Positions 8,965-17,680 of a stretch of 64,000 nt of DNA are shown piece after piece (position 1 is the first letter of the stretch; each line of letters begins with the position of its first letter). A program made the position numbers and the translations under genes. The notes under the pieces were generated by a model. That model saw only the letters and a program-made list of their open reading frames with translations. It was not told where the DNA came from and did no database searches. The stretch is from an uncultured virus (IMG/VR IMGVR_UViG_3300046694_000251) (Duplodnaviria > Heunggongvirae > Uroviricota > Caudoviricetes). Location: IMG/VR virus record IMGVR_UViG_3300046694_000251, one strand, 5' to 3'.

Positions 8965-9855
8965 ATGAAATCGATCAGGCGCGACGGACGCGATGACACC
9001 GGGGAACAGGACGTCCAGGAGCTACGCCGCCGCTTCGCGGGAGGCTTTCCCGCACCCGCAGACATGCCAGACCATCAGCCACACGTGCGGGACAAGGAAG
9101 ACGTGCCGCACGAGGGGTCCTTGGCGGACTTCTACGGCCTTGAGGACGACGACACCCCGTCCCTTCAGGAGGTCAAGGACGAGCTGTCCGCCCTGGTGGA
9201 CGAGGGTGAGCTGTGCATGGGCTGGGACGCGGAGGAGCAGGCGTTCGTCTACTGGCTGCGCGAGGAGCCCGAGCTGGCGGAGGAGCCTGAGCCGTCTCCC
9301 GAGCGTCCGCGACGGTCGAGGAGGAAGGCCCGCCGACGTATGAGCGCGCCGCGCCGCGTGCTGCTCACCCTGGCCGCCTCCGTGGCACCGTTCCTCATCG
9401 GCATGGTCGCCGAGGCTTCCATGGACATGCACTACGAGCGGACGCACCCGGACGTGGAGCCGGACATGGCAGATGCTGAGGCGTCCACAACGGGCTCGGA
9501 CATCGAGCCCCAGACCGCGACGGTGGCCCTGGCTCAGGACTACCGCCCCACCGCCGTCGACTACGCGAACAGTGGCCGCCACGCCGCCCCCACCACGTCC
9601 CCGAACGTCGAGAAGTCGAACTCCTACGTCGGCAAGCACCGCAAGGAGATCGGCACCGCCATCTCGAAGCTCTCTGAGGAGGGCCACGGCAAGAAGGCCC
9701 GACCGAAGCACCCTCATCTGGCCGCCGGAGACCCGAAGAAGCAGCACCCGGCAGACTCTCCAGGACGTAAGAAGCCCCCCAGGCAGAAGCCGCACAACAT
9801 CGTGGAACACGTGGCCAGCACGGTTCTTGGCCCCGTTGAAGCCCTTCTTGGATAG
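8965..9855 (+). CDS. hypothetical membrane-anchored protein (start uncertain)
   Basis: Acidic N-terminal part, central hydrophobic segment after Arg cluster. Confidence 0.6.
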   Translation: MKSIRRDGRDDTGEQDVQELRRRFAGGFPAPADMPDHQPHVRDKEDVPHEGSLADFYGLEDDDTPSLQEVKDELSALVDEGELCMGWDAEEQAFVYWLREEPELAEEPEPSPERPRRSRRKARRRMSAPRRVLLTLAASVAPFLIGMVAEASMDMHYERTHPDVEPDMADAEASTTGSDIEPQTATVALAQDYRPTAVDYANSGRHAAPTTSPNVEKSNSYVGKHRKEIGTAISKLSEEGHGKKARPKHPHLAAGDPKKQHPADSPGRKKPPRQKPHNIVEHVASTVLGPVEALLG

Positions 9856-9983
9856 GTCTTCCGCATACGGCCTTGTCGAGCGTGTGACGGGAGTCGCTTG
9901 ACAAGGCCGTGCCCGAGAGGCAACATGGTCAACGTGCCCAACGCCTGGGCCGAGGCGGGGCTGTTTCAAGGAGTTGATCATTC

Positions 9984-10358
9984 ATGGGTGAGCGAGTAAG
10001 CGTCGACAAGTTCTGCGACTTCAAGGTGAAGCGCGGGCGGAAGACCGAGGCGTGCGGCCAGGACGTGCCGAACAACGAGGCCACGGCCATCACGCACGGC
10101 ACCACGAGGTACTTCATGGACCTATGCGACGAGCACAAACAGCTCATGAGCGAGGTCCTGGAGCCGTTCACCTCCATCGCCCACAACACCGAGAAGCGTG
10201 TCGGCACGCAGGTGCTCAAGGCCATCAAGGGCAGGGGCGGCCAGACCTTCACCGCTGCGGATGTGCGTGTGTGGCTGAAGGAGCAGGGCCGGGAGATCTC
10301 CTCGACCGGCCGGATCCCCGTGGACCTCATCCGCGAGTTCGAGGCCGCGCACAAATAG
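9984..10358 (+). CDS. lsr2: Lsr2-like nucleoid-associated protein
   Basis: Y.MDLC..H N-terminal motif; C-terminal VRVWLKEQG..ISSTGRIP..IREFEAAH DNA-binding domain. Confidence 0.8.
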   Translation: MGERVSVDKFCDFKVKRGRKTEACGQDVPNNEATAITHGTTRYFMDLCDEHKQLMSEVLEPFTSIAHNTEKRVGTQVLKAIKGRGGQTFTAADVRVWLKEQGREISSTGRIPVDLIREFEAAHK

Positions 10359-10377
10359 CTGAAACCTGCCTGAGCAA

Positions 10378-10414
10378 GGGTCGGAGGGACAACGGCGTCC
10401 CCCGGCCCTTTTTT
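10378..10414 (+). terminator. intrinsic terminator
   Basis: GGGTCGG...CCGGCCC followed by T6. Confidence 0.65.
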
Positions 10415-10505
10415 GCTGTCCAGGACAGTGCCCTACCCCCCGCCTCGCGCGAGGAGTGGGAGCAGTGGCCTCAGATTACAAAGCCGTAACCGTGATCCTG
10501 TAAAA

Positions 10506-10693
10506 AGGATGCATGAACACGATGAGCGAGCGACGGCCGGGCCAGGGGAACCACCTCCCCTCCGCCAGCCTGCCCGCGCTCATCCCGGCCTTGCAGGCGT
10601 TCTGCCTCGGCCGCTTCATGTTCCCCGCCCGCTAGGGCAGCCACTGGTTCCGCTACCTCCAGAGCGGCGTAAGACCCGGCGGGGAACTATCCT
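10506..10693 (+). ncRNA. candidate structured non-coding RNA
   Basis: Several nested complementary segments (see findings); strand inferred from upstream promoter-like sequence. Confidence 0.45.
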
Positions 10694-10769
10694 CCCTCAT
10701 GACAAGCTAGTTGCTAAATGGGGTTGACATCACCCAACCCTGATAACGTAATGTGTAGATCATCAACTT

Positions 10770-10843
10770 CTGGACGTAGCGCAGCCCGGTAGCGCTCCTG
10801 ATTTGGGTTCAGGGGGTCGCAGGTTCGAATCCTGCCGTCCAGA
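10770..10843 (+). tRNA. tRNA-Pro(TGG)
   Basis: Cloverleaf, anticodon loop TTTGGGT, GGTTCGAATCC T-arm. Confidence 0.92.
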
Positions 10844-10848
10844 CTCAA

Positions 10849-10921
10849 GGCCCTTTGGCAGAGACAGTTAATGCGCCCGCCTGAAAAGCGGGAGATCTTG
10901 GTGCGATTCCAAGGGGGGCCA
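10849..10921 (+). tRNA. tRNA-Phe(GAA), non-canonical T-loop
   Basis: Stem CCCGC/GCGGG with loop CTGAAAA; T-loop TGCGATT. Confidence 0.8.
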
Positions 10922-10930
10922 CTTTGTCCA

Positions 10931-11085
10931 GACGCCGAGCCCTGTTCCTGGACAAAAACTGCAATCAACCCTGAACAGGGGCGGGAGACCGAAACGCTTT
11001 ACTGGGGCGAATCCGCAGAATCTTTGTGGTAGGGAGCAGCACTTATCCCGAGCCCGTCACCTAATTTCGCAGGCGTGCGGAGTGC
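10931..11085 (+). ncRNA. c-di-AMP (ydaO/yuaA)-like riboswitch
   Basis: Ordered blocks CGCCGAG, GCGGGAGACC, TGGGGCGAATC, GTAGGG, CCCGAGCCCGTCACCTAA, GCAGGCGT directly upstream of a cell-wall hydrolase. Confidence 0.8.
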
Positions 11086-11089
11086 AACC

Positions 11090-11572
11090 ATGATCAAGAA
11101 GATCGTAGGAATTCTGACTGCCGTAATTCTGACGCTTTCCCCCATCGCGGTATCCGGCACGGCCTGGGCGAGCACAGGAGGCGGTACCACGTCCACCGCC
11201 CCAGCGCCCGCCTCAGTGTCGGGCAACAAGATCGTCAGGCAGGGCGCCAAGTACATCGGATACAGGTACGTGTGGGGAGGTGCCTCCCCGAGCCGTGGGT
11301 TCGACTGCTCCGGCTTCACCAACTACACGTTCAAGCGGCTGGGGAAGTCCATACCCCGGGTGGCCAGCGACCAGTACCGGCACAGCAAGCACGTCAGAAC
11401 GCCGCGAGCGGGCGACCTGGTCTTCGTCCACGACTCCAGCGGCTACGTCTACCACGTCGGCATCTACGTCAATTCCCACACCTGGCTGGAAAGCGAGCGA
11501 CCTGGTAAGGGTGTCAACTACTACCACCCCTGGACGAAGCGCGTTTACTACGGGCGCTACTACGTGAAGTAG
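11090..11572 (+). CDS. secreted NlpC/P60 (C40) cell-wall peptidase
   Basis: Signal peptide; YVWGG, FDCSG, PGDLVF-like and HVGIY motifs. Confidence 0.92.
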   Translation: MIKKIVGILTAVILTLSPIAVSGTAWASTGGGTTSTAPAPASVSGNKIVRQGAKYIGYRYVWGGASPSRGFDCSGFTNYTFKRLGKSIPRVASDQYRHSKHVRTPRAGDLVFVHDSSGYVYHVGIYVNSHTWLESERPGKGVNYYHPWTKRVYYGRYYVK

Positions 11573-11622
11573 GATTCACCAGTAAGAAAGGCCGGAGGGA
11601 AGATAGGGTCCTTCCGGCCCCC

Positions 11623-11704
11623 GGCCGAGTGGTGTAATGGCAGCCACGCCATCCTCAAAAGATGGTGCCCTGTGGGCGTGCGGGTTCGACCCCCGCCTCG
11701 GCTA
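11623..11704 (+). tRNA. tRNA-Leu(CAA)
   Basis: Anticodon loop CTCAAAA, long variable arm, GGTTCGAC T-arm. Confidence 0.9.
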
Positions 11705-11709
11705 CGCAA

Positions 11710-11782
11710 TCCTCCATAGCTCAATTGGCAGAGCAGCGGACTGTTAATCCGCGAGTTCCTGGTTCGAGTCCAGGTGGGGGAG
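11710..11782 (+). tRNA. tRNA-Asn(GTT)
   Basis: Cloverleaf, loop CTGTTAA, GGTTCGAGTCC. Confidence 0.93.
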
Positions 11783-11820
11783 CCCCCGTAAGCCCCGGTG
11801 ACCTAATTGGTTACCGGGGC

Positions 11821-12102
11821 TTATTCGTCTGAGATGCCAGTCACTACGAACGTGAGCAGAGCAGAAACTGCCGATACCCCCAGCAGGGCAGGGAAGCGTG
11901 CGGACAGTAGCCCCAGCACGGCCGTGATACCCCACGCCACGTGCTTCGTCGTCCAGACAGTGACCTCATCCGGCGTCTCCTCGGCCGGTGCGGGGACGTC
12001 GGTGCCCCGGTGGGCGTCCAGGTGTCGCTGCTTGTCGACAGCCGCGTCCACCTCGGTGTCGGACTCGCCCCAGTCGTTGCAGTTATCGCAGTACCAGAAC
12101 AT
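11821..12102 (-). CDS. small membrane protein with N-terminal CxxC
   Basis: AGGAAGG RBS, two hydrophobic segments. Confidence 0.6.
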   Translation of the reverse strand: MFWYCDNCNDWGESDTEVDAAVDKQRHLDAHRGTDVPAPAEETPDEVTVWTTKHVAWGITAVLGLLSARFPALLGVSAVSALLTFVVTGISDE

Positions 12103-12175
12103 GGGCTTCCTTCCTTGGATACAACGAACCCCCGGACCTCCGCGTGAACAGCGGCCCGGGGGTTCGTCGTAGGGA

Positions 12176-12601
12176 TCAGAGCGACTTGAAGACCAGCACG
12201 ACGCCAGGGTTGGCGGCCGAGGTGCCCAGGGTGTTGGTCAGCGAGACCGTGTCACCGGCCGCGTAGGTCGCAAGCGCGGAGACGTTGTTCACGCCGCCCT
12301 GGCTCGCGGTGTACGGGACCGTGGCGGCCTGCTGGTCGGTCCACCCCGACTGGTTGCCCGCGTTCACGCCGACGTACGGGTTGGCGATCGTCTTGTTGCC
12401 CTTGGTCACCGTGTTGGCCAGGACGACGGACGCCCCAGTTACCGCCGAGCCGTTCTTGTTGACCTGGAAGGTCGTGTTGGTCGAGCCCGCCGTGCCGAGG
12501 TTGCCGAAGATGGCGACCAGTTCCGCAGCAGCCGGGATCGGCTGGGCAACGGTCAGGTCGTTGTTGGTCATGATGAAGGTGTAGCCACCGATACCGCTCA
12601 T
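12176..12601 (-). CDS. hypothetical beta-rich protein (Thr/Asn/Gly-rich, possibly virion-associated)
   Basis: GAGGAG RBS, typical codon usage on minus strand. Confidence 0.65.
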   Translation of the reverse strand: MSGIGGYTFIMTNNDLTVAQPIPAAAELVAIFGNLGTAGSTNTTFQVNKNGSAVTGASVVLANTVTKGNKTIANPYVGVNAGNQSGWTDQQAATVPYTASQGGVNNVSALATYAAGDTVSLTNTLGTSAANPGVVLVFKSL

Positions 12602-12615
12602 TAAGAAGTCTCCTC

Positions 12616-12750
12616 ATTACTGGTTCTGAACCAGTAATCAGGATAGTCTGCGCAGCTCACAGGTCCGAGTGGGCCGGTTGACCCCAGAGTGAAGACGCTT
12701 CACTCCTGGAGTGAGTGTTGACATCGAAGCCGTAATCCCTATAACGTAAT
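12616..12750. promoter_or_regulatory. divergent promoter region with palindromic and tandem operators
   Basis: Palindrome ATTACTGGTTC-T-GAACCAGTAAT; TTGACA-18bp-TAACGT with GAAGCCGTAA in the spacer. Confidence 0.7.
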
Positions 12751-12803
12751 CCAGGTCGGGCCGAGAGGTCCGGCACCACCAACCCCCTGCGAGAGGAACC
12801 ACC

Positions 12804-14045
12804 TTGAGCGCCCTTACCGAGTCCACTGACGTCGAGTGGGTCCGAGAGATCCTGATGGACCCCACCGTCGGTCACGAGGCCGCCGCTGCGGACCTCGTCT
12901 TCAACGGCATCGAGACGTCGGAGACGGCCGTCCGGCGCTGGCGCAAGGCCAACGGCTACAAGCGCTCCATCCTCATCGAGCCGGGCAAGGAGCCGAAGCG
13001 TCTTAATACCCTGCCCGAGGAGGGCACGGCCGAGGCAGTGGCCGAGAACGAAGAGGTACTGAGGGACCGCATCGAGTCCCTGACCTCCGACAACCGCCGA
13101 CTCTTCCAGCAGTTCACCAAGGCCAAGGCGCGCGGCGACGAGTACATCGAGGCCGTCTACCGCGCCGCCCGGGACGCCGCCCAGTTCGTCGGAGCGACCC
13201 CTGTGGCGCCTCCGAAGGCCGACAAGCGCACCCAGGCCAGCGAGGTCGCCCTGTGGCACCTCACGGACTGGCAGGGCGGCAAGAAGACCCTCTCCTACGA
13301 CCGCACCATCATGCGGACCCGCATCATGCGGTACGTCGAGAAGGCCAGGGAGATCACCGAGATCCAGCGCGCCGACCACCCGGTACGCAAGGCCGTCCTG
13401 CTCTTCACCGGGGACATGGTGGAAGGCGTGAGCATCTTCCCCGGGCAGGTCTGGGAGTTGGATGGCACGCTCTACGAGCAGATGTTCGACGTCTCCGACC
13501 TGATGATCTGGACGATCAAGCAGGCCCTCCAGATCTACGACGAGGTCGAGGTCGTCGCCGAGTACGGCAACCACGGCCGCCTCGGCAAGAAGTCCGACGG
13601 CATCAAGGCGTCCGACAACGTCGACCGCATGGTCTACAACATCGTCCGCGAGCGCCTGGCCCACGAGGGACGCCTGAAGAAGTTCCAGACCACCGGCGAC
13701 TGGTACCAGCACTTCACCATCGGCAACTACCGGGCCATGGCCATCCACGGCGACGAGATCAAGTCCTTCGGAGGCAATATTCCGGCATACGGAATTTTGC
13801 GGAAGGCCAACCAGTGGGCCTCCGGCGTCCTGCCGTCCTTCCGGGACCTGTACATCGGCCACTACCACCAGTCGATGCAACTCCAGTTGGCCAACGGCGG
13901 ATCGGTCTTCATGACCGGCTCCCCGGAGAGCGACAACATCTACGCCCACGAATTCGTCGCGGCGACCGGCGACCCGAGCCAGCGCCTGCACTTCGTCCAC
14001 CCCGAGAAGGGACGCGTCACCAGTGAGCACCGCATCTGGCTCTGA
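12804..14045 (+). CDS. calcineurin-like metallophosphoesterase/nuclease with N-terminal HTH-like and coiled-coil region
   Basis: DWQ, GDMVEG, GNHGR, HGD and GHYH motifs. Confidence 0.85.
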   Translation: MSALTESTDVEWVREILMDPTVGHEAAAADLVFNGIETSETAVRRWRKANGYKRSILIEPGKEPKRLNTLPEEGTAEAVAENEEVLRDRIESLTSDNRRLFQQFTKAKARGDEYIEAVYRAARDAAQFVGATPVAPPKADKRTQASEVALWHLTDWQGGKKTLSYDRTIMRTRIMRYVEKAREITEIQRADHPVRKAVLLFTGDMVEGVSIFPGQVWELDGTLYEQMFDVSDLMIWTIKQALQIYDEVEVVAEYGNHGRLGKKSDGIKASDNVDRMVYNIVRERLAHEGRLKKFQTTGDWYQHFTIGNYRAMAIHGDEIKSFGGNIPAYGILRKANQWASGVLPSFRDLYIGHYHQSMQLQLANGGSVFMTGSPESDNIYAHEFVAATGDPSQRLHFVHPEKGRVTSEHRIWL

Positions 14046-14349
14046 GCCCACCACCACGACCCTGGAGTACCCCTTGAGCATCGTCACCGAGGTCGCATCC
14101 GAGCACGAGGCCGCCTACCGCTACGTCGTCGGCGACGACGAGGAGACGTACGTCTCCATCAAGGACATCGTCGGCTCCCTGCTGGAGTTCTCCGAGAAGT
14201 TGGAGGGCATGGGCGGCATCTTCGAGCAGATCGGTGACGCCTTCACCCAGGTCGCCGTCCAGATCGCGGAGCCGTTCATGCAGGTTCCGACCGAGACCGC
14301 GACCGTCCTCAGCCTGCTTAATACCTCCCCCTCCGGGGGCGCTGAGTGA
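14023..14349 (+). CDS. hypothetical protein
   Basis: Operon position, codon usage. Confidence 0.6.
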   Translation: MSTASGSEPTTTTLEYPLSIVTEVASEHEAAYRYVVGDDEETYVSIKDIVGSLLEFSEKLEGMGGIFEQIGDAFTQVAVQIAEPFMQVPTETATVLSLLNTSPSGGAE

Positions 14350-14543
14350 AGACAGCCCGCGACAACGCGGTCTGGAAGGTCCGGGTCCTGATGAACGGCC
14401 GGTACGGCTGGAAGCCCAAGACGTACTTCTACTCCCGCGAGTTCCACATCACGGACTGGCGGGAGAAGGCCGACCGCGCACCCAACCTGTTCCAGATCGA
14501 CTTCATCGGCAAGTACACCCTGGAGGAAGAAAGTGTCGCGTAA
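14346..14543 (+). CDS. hypothetical protein
   Basis: GTGA overlap. Confidence 0.6.
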   Translation: MKTARDNAVWKVRVLMNGRYGWKPKTYFYSREFHITDWREKADRAPNLFQIDFIGKYTLEEESVA

Positions 14544-14784
14544 GACGACAACCACCACCGTGGTCCACAGCGAGAAGGACAAGGACGGCAACTGGAGCGA
14601 GTTCTCCAAGACCGTCACCACCGTGGTCGAGCGGGACGACGACGGCTACCCCTACGGCCCGATCAACCCGTTCGTCCAGTACACCGGCCTCAAGCACCTC
14701 TCCCTGCCCTACCTCTACGACGGCTTCCTCCGGCCGCGCAGCAAGCCCAAGCAGGCCGACGAGGGGGATGTCCAGAATGGCTGA
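14533..14784 (+). CDS. hypothetical protein
   Basis: GGAGG RBS. Confidence 0.6.
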   Translation: MSRKTTTTTVVHSEKDKDGNWSEFSKTVTTVVERDDDGYPYGPINPFVQYTGLKHLSLPYLYDGFLRPRSKPKQADEGDVQNG

Positions 14785-15271
14785 GGGAACTCCGCCCCCG
14801 ATCGGCTCCATCGGCGTCGTCGCGACCGGCGGGATCATCGGCTGGGGCATCCGGCTGCTGACCTTCTCCCGGTACAACCACGCCTTCATCGTCGGCCCGG
14901 CTGGTCTCCTCGTTGAGGCGCAGCCGGGCGGCGCCCGCCTCGGTCACATCTCGATGTACCCGAAGGCGAAGTACAACAGCCGCACCGCCCTCCCGGAAGG
15001 GACGCGGCTGGCCATCTGGGAGACCGCCCTTGGCTTCGCCCAGGCCAACAACGGCAAGGGCATCGGCTACGGCTGGCTCGACGACATCGCGCTGGGACTC
15101 CGGTTCTTCGGGTTCTGGTCGCCGTGGATCGCGAACCGGATCGCCCGGCAGGACCGGCTCCAGTGCGCGCAGTTGTGCGACCTGGCGTACTCCCGCAACG
15201 GTGTCCACCTTTTCGACGACGGGCGCCTGCCGCTGGCGGTCGACCCGGGCGACATCGCAGACGTCTTCTGA
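14777..15271 (+). CDS. permuted papain-like NlpC/P60 (YiiX/YebB-like) protein
   Basis: His motif (YNHAFIV) precedes Cys motif (LQCAQLCDLAY). Confidence 0.7.
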   Translation: MAEGTPPPIGSIGVVATGGIIGWGIRLLTFSRYNHAFIVGPAGLLVEAQPGGARLGHISMYPKAKYNSRTALPEGTRLAIWETALGFAQANNGKGIGYGWLDDIALGLRFFGFWSPWIANRIARQDRLQCAQLCDLAYSRNGVHLFDDGRLPLAVDPGDIADVF

Positions 15272-15303
15272 CCACCCCACCCTCACGCGAGGAGCACCAG
15301 ACA

Positions 15304-15807
15304 GTGACAGCGAAGACCTGGCTTAATACCCGCCCCCACCGGCCCATGGCGTCCCTGAGACAGTGGCATCGGGCGGTGGGGGAGAAGCGCTTCATCGAGC
15401 GCGAGGAGGCCGGACGGGACGACCTGATCGCCCTGCGGTCCACCCTCATCGCCGAGGAGACGCAGGAGGCCCTGGAGGCCCTGCTGAACTACCGCAAGAC
15501 CCAGATCATGGACGACTACTTCGAGGCCAATCCGGCCGCCAGCGTCACCGGCCTGCACACCGTCGAGGCGCCGTACCGGTACGCGGCCCTGGCCAAGGAG
15601 TTGGCTGACGTCCTCTACGTCGTCTACGGCACTGCCGACCTCCTGGAGATCCCCCTGGAGGCCGTGTTCGCCGAGGTTCACCGGTCGAACATGAGCAAGG
15701 TCCGCGAGGACGGCACGGTGCTCCGGCGCGAGGACGGCAAGATCCTCAAGCCCGACACCTATCGCGAGGCCGACGTCCACGGCGCACTCACCGGAGAGTG
15801 GGTGTAG
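15304..15807 (+). CDS. MazG-like nucleotide pyrophosphohydrolase
   Basis: LIAEE..E, KELADVLYV, EVHRSNMSK and REDGKILKP motifs. Confidence 0.88.
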   Translation: MTAKTWLNTRPHRPMASLRQWHRAVGEKRFIEREEAGRDDLIALRSTLIAEETQEALEALLNYRKTQIMDDYFEANPAASVTGLHTVEAPYRYAALAKELADVLYVVYGTADLLEIPLEAVFAEVHRSNMSKVREDGTVLRREDGKILKPDTYREADVHGALTGEWV

Positions 15808-15814
15808 GACACGA

Positions 15815-15856
15815 GGAAGCCCCCGACTCCTGGGCTAGAGGGAGTCGGGGGCTTCC
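15815..15856. terminator. terminator hairpin between convergent genes
   Basis: Perfect 16-bp inverted repeat. Confidence 0.75.
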
Positions 15857-15871
15857 GGCATTCTGTCAGGC

Positions 15872-16075
15872 TCAGAGGTTGAACTCACCGGCCTTGACGC
15901 TCTGGACGAATGTCGACCAGCCAGCCTTGGTGAAGCTGTGCGTACCGACCTCGCGGTCCTTGGTGTCCCGTACCTTGGCGGTGCCTTCGGGGGTCGCAGC
16001 GAACTCGACGCAGCTCCCCTCGCCGTTGCTGTAGCTGGAGGTAAACCAGTTCAGCTCGCCGCTAACGTCGTTCAT
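15872..16075 (-). CDS. DUF397 protein
   Basis: WFTSSYS...CVEFA...VRDTK..W..FV..VK. Confidence 0.92.
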   Translation of the reverse strand: MNDVSGELNWFTSSYSNGEGSCVEFAATPEGTAKVRDTKDREVGTHSFTKAGWSTFVQSVKAGEFNL

Positions 16076-16971
16076 TTTCCGAACCTCTCTGCTGTTTCTT
16101 TCAACCAAGCGACGGAGCTATCCGGCCGCGTAGAAGCCGCCACGAGCTGTTGGAAGATCTCTTCGTGACGACTTACATCTGAGGTCTTGTCCAGATACAC
16201 GGCGCTCGTCAACTGCTCGGAGTAGACGAGCGAGCCGGGGGTGTCCTCGAACGACAAGATCGAGAACGAGTACCCCATGCTCGCGTGTGCACCGGCCTCG
16301 AAGGGCAGGATCTGGACAGTGACATTCGGGTTGTTCTCTACCACATCAGCAAGGTGACTCAACTGCTCGCGCATCACGTCGCGCGTCGCCACGACTCGGT
16401 GAATCACGGCCTCGTTGAGCACCACCCACACCTTGGGAGGGCTGTCCCGCGTAAGGATCTCCTTGCGCTGGAGCCGTGCACTTGCACGGCGGTCTACCTC
16501 ATCCGCCGACGGCGCCTGAGACATTGAGCGGATTACCGACTGCGCGTACCGCTCCGTCTGGAGCAGACCGTGGACCAGCTCGGTCTCGTAGATGAGCATC
16601 TGAGACGCGTCCGCTTCGAAGCCCAGGTAGGGCTTGAACCACTCCGGCAAGGCATCGCCGTAGGAGTGCCACCAACCGTTCTGCCGACTCCGGCGGACCA
16701 GGTCGACGAACTGCCGGATCTCCTGGGAATCCTGAACTCCGTACTCGTTCAGCAGGAGTTTGGCATCCTTGTCGGACAGAGGGGATTTGCCTCCCTCGAT
16801 CCGGCTGACCTTGGACTCGGACCATCCGAGCATCTTGGCTACCTGCGCCGCTGTGAGTCTCTTGGACTCGCGCAAGTTGCGCAGCTCTTGGCCGAGCCGT
16901 CGCCTCAGCACGGTCGGACTGGCTGCCAACGTGACCTCCCAGGTTGCGGGTACTGCTGCACAGTCTGCCAC
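16072..16971 (-). CDS. XRE-family HTH regulator with DUF5753 domain (WhiJ/Scr1-like)
   Basis: RRRLGQELRNLRE HTH, GLLQTERYA, MREQL.HL, VQILPF. Confidence 0.92.
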   Translation of the reverse strand: MADCAAVPATWEVTLAASPTVLRRRLGQELRNLRESKRLTAAQVAKMLGWSESKVSRIEGGKSPLSDKDAKLLLNEYGVQDSQEIRQFVDLVRRSRQNGWWHSYGDALPEWFKPYLGFEADASQMLIYETELVHGLLQTERYAQSVIRSMSQAPSADEVDRRASARLQRKEILTRDSPPKVWVVLNEAVIHRVVATRDVMREQLSHLADVVENNPNVTVQILPFEAGAHASMGYSFSILSFEDTPGSLVYSEQLTSAVYLDKTSDVSRHEEIFQQLVAASTRPDSSVAWLKETAERFGK

Positions 16972-17154
16972 CCCCTCCTAGCACACAACAGCCTTCACCC
17001 TTACGTGCACTTGCTGATCCCATGCACTTGCATGACAGCCGAATGCGGAGGATGCTACTAGCGCAGGGTGGTGACGTCGTCACTCGCCCTTGCAACTGCT
17101 GTTCGAATGACGGCCGTTGGGCTAGCGGCCGTACGGAACGACAAAGGAGTGCTC

Positions 17155-17457
17155 ATGGGCGAAGAGAGGACGAGAACGAGGAAGCGCCCGGCTCCTCCCA
17201 AAACGTGGACCTCCAGGCAGACCGACGAAGCCGTGCAAGTGCTCAAGGACGCGCTCTCCGGCGTCGAGATCACGCTTCCCACGGTCGAGCGGGCGTACGG
17301 GGAGCTGACCATGCCGCTGGTCGACCTCGGACGCGCCCGGCCGGACGTCGTGCTGGAGCTGGCGAGCTGCCTCACCGAGCTGGTGGAACTGCGCCAGTTG
17401 ACGAAGTCGCTCCTGGAGGGGGCGCAGGGGGAGGAGGCGGTGGCCGCCGATGGTTGA
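17155..17457 (+). CDS. hypothetical protein of the type found divergent from XRE-DUF397 loci
   Basis: AAGGAG RBS; ITLPT..PLVDLG motif. Confidence 0.7.
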   Translation: MGEERTRTRKRPAPPKTWTSRQTDEAVQVLKDALSGVEITLPTVERAYGELTMPLVDLGRARPDVVLELASCLTELVELRQLTKSLLEGAQGEEAVAADG

Positions 17458-17680
17458 AGAGAAGGTTGAACTCAAGCGGGGCGCCATCGTTTACGACACG
17501 GTCAAGGCTGTCGTGGCGGAGGTCATGGAGGTCGGGCCACAGAACGTCGCCCTGCGGCCAACGGGCGGCGGTACGGAGTGGTGGAGGGACAAGGACTACC
17601 TGCGGGCCCCCACCACGAGCGAGCGGCTGAGCCCCGGCGTGGCTGTGGCCAACGCCAAGAGCAGGGGGGAGTTGCTGTGA
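17450..17680 (+). CDS. hypothetical protein
   Basis: LRP.GGG.EW motif, overlap with neighbours. Confidence 0.7.
   Translation: MVEEKVELKRGAIVYDTVKAVVAEVMEVGPQNVALRPTGGGTEWWRDKDYLRAPTTSERLSPGVAVANAKSRGELL

Noticed and set aside
10413..10727. 104-aa ORF in the track
   Set aside because: Starts inside a terminator, has atypical Pro/Arg-rich composition and no RBS; RNA structure explains the region better.
11590..11620. Possible fifth tRNA between NlpC/P60 and tRNA-Leu
   Set aside because: Only a single hairpin with no cloverleaf; more likely a terminator or processing stem.
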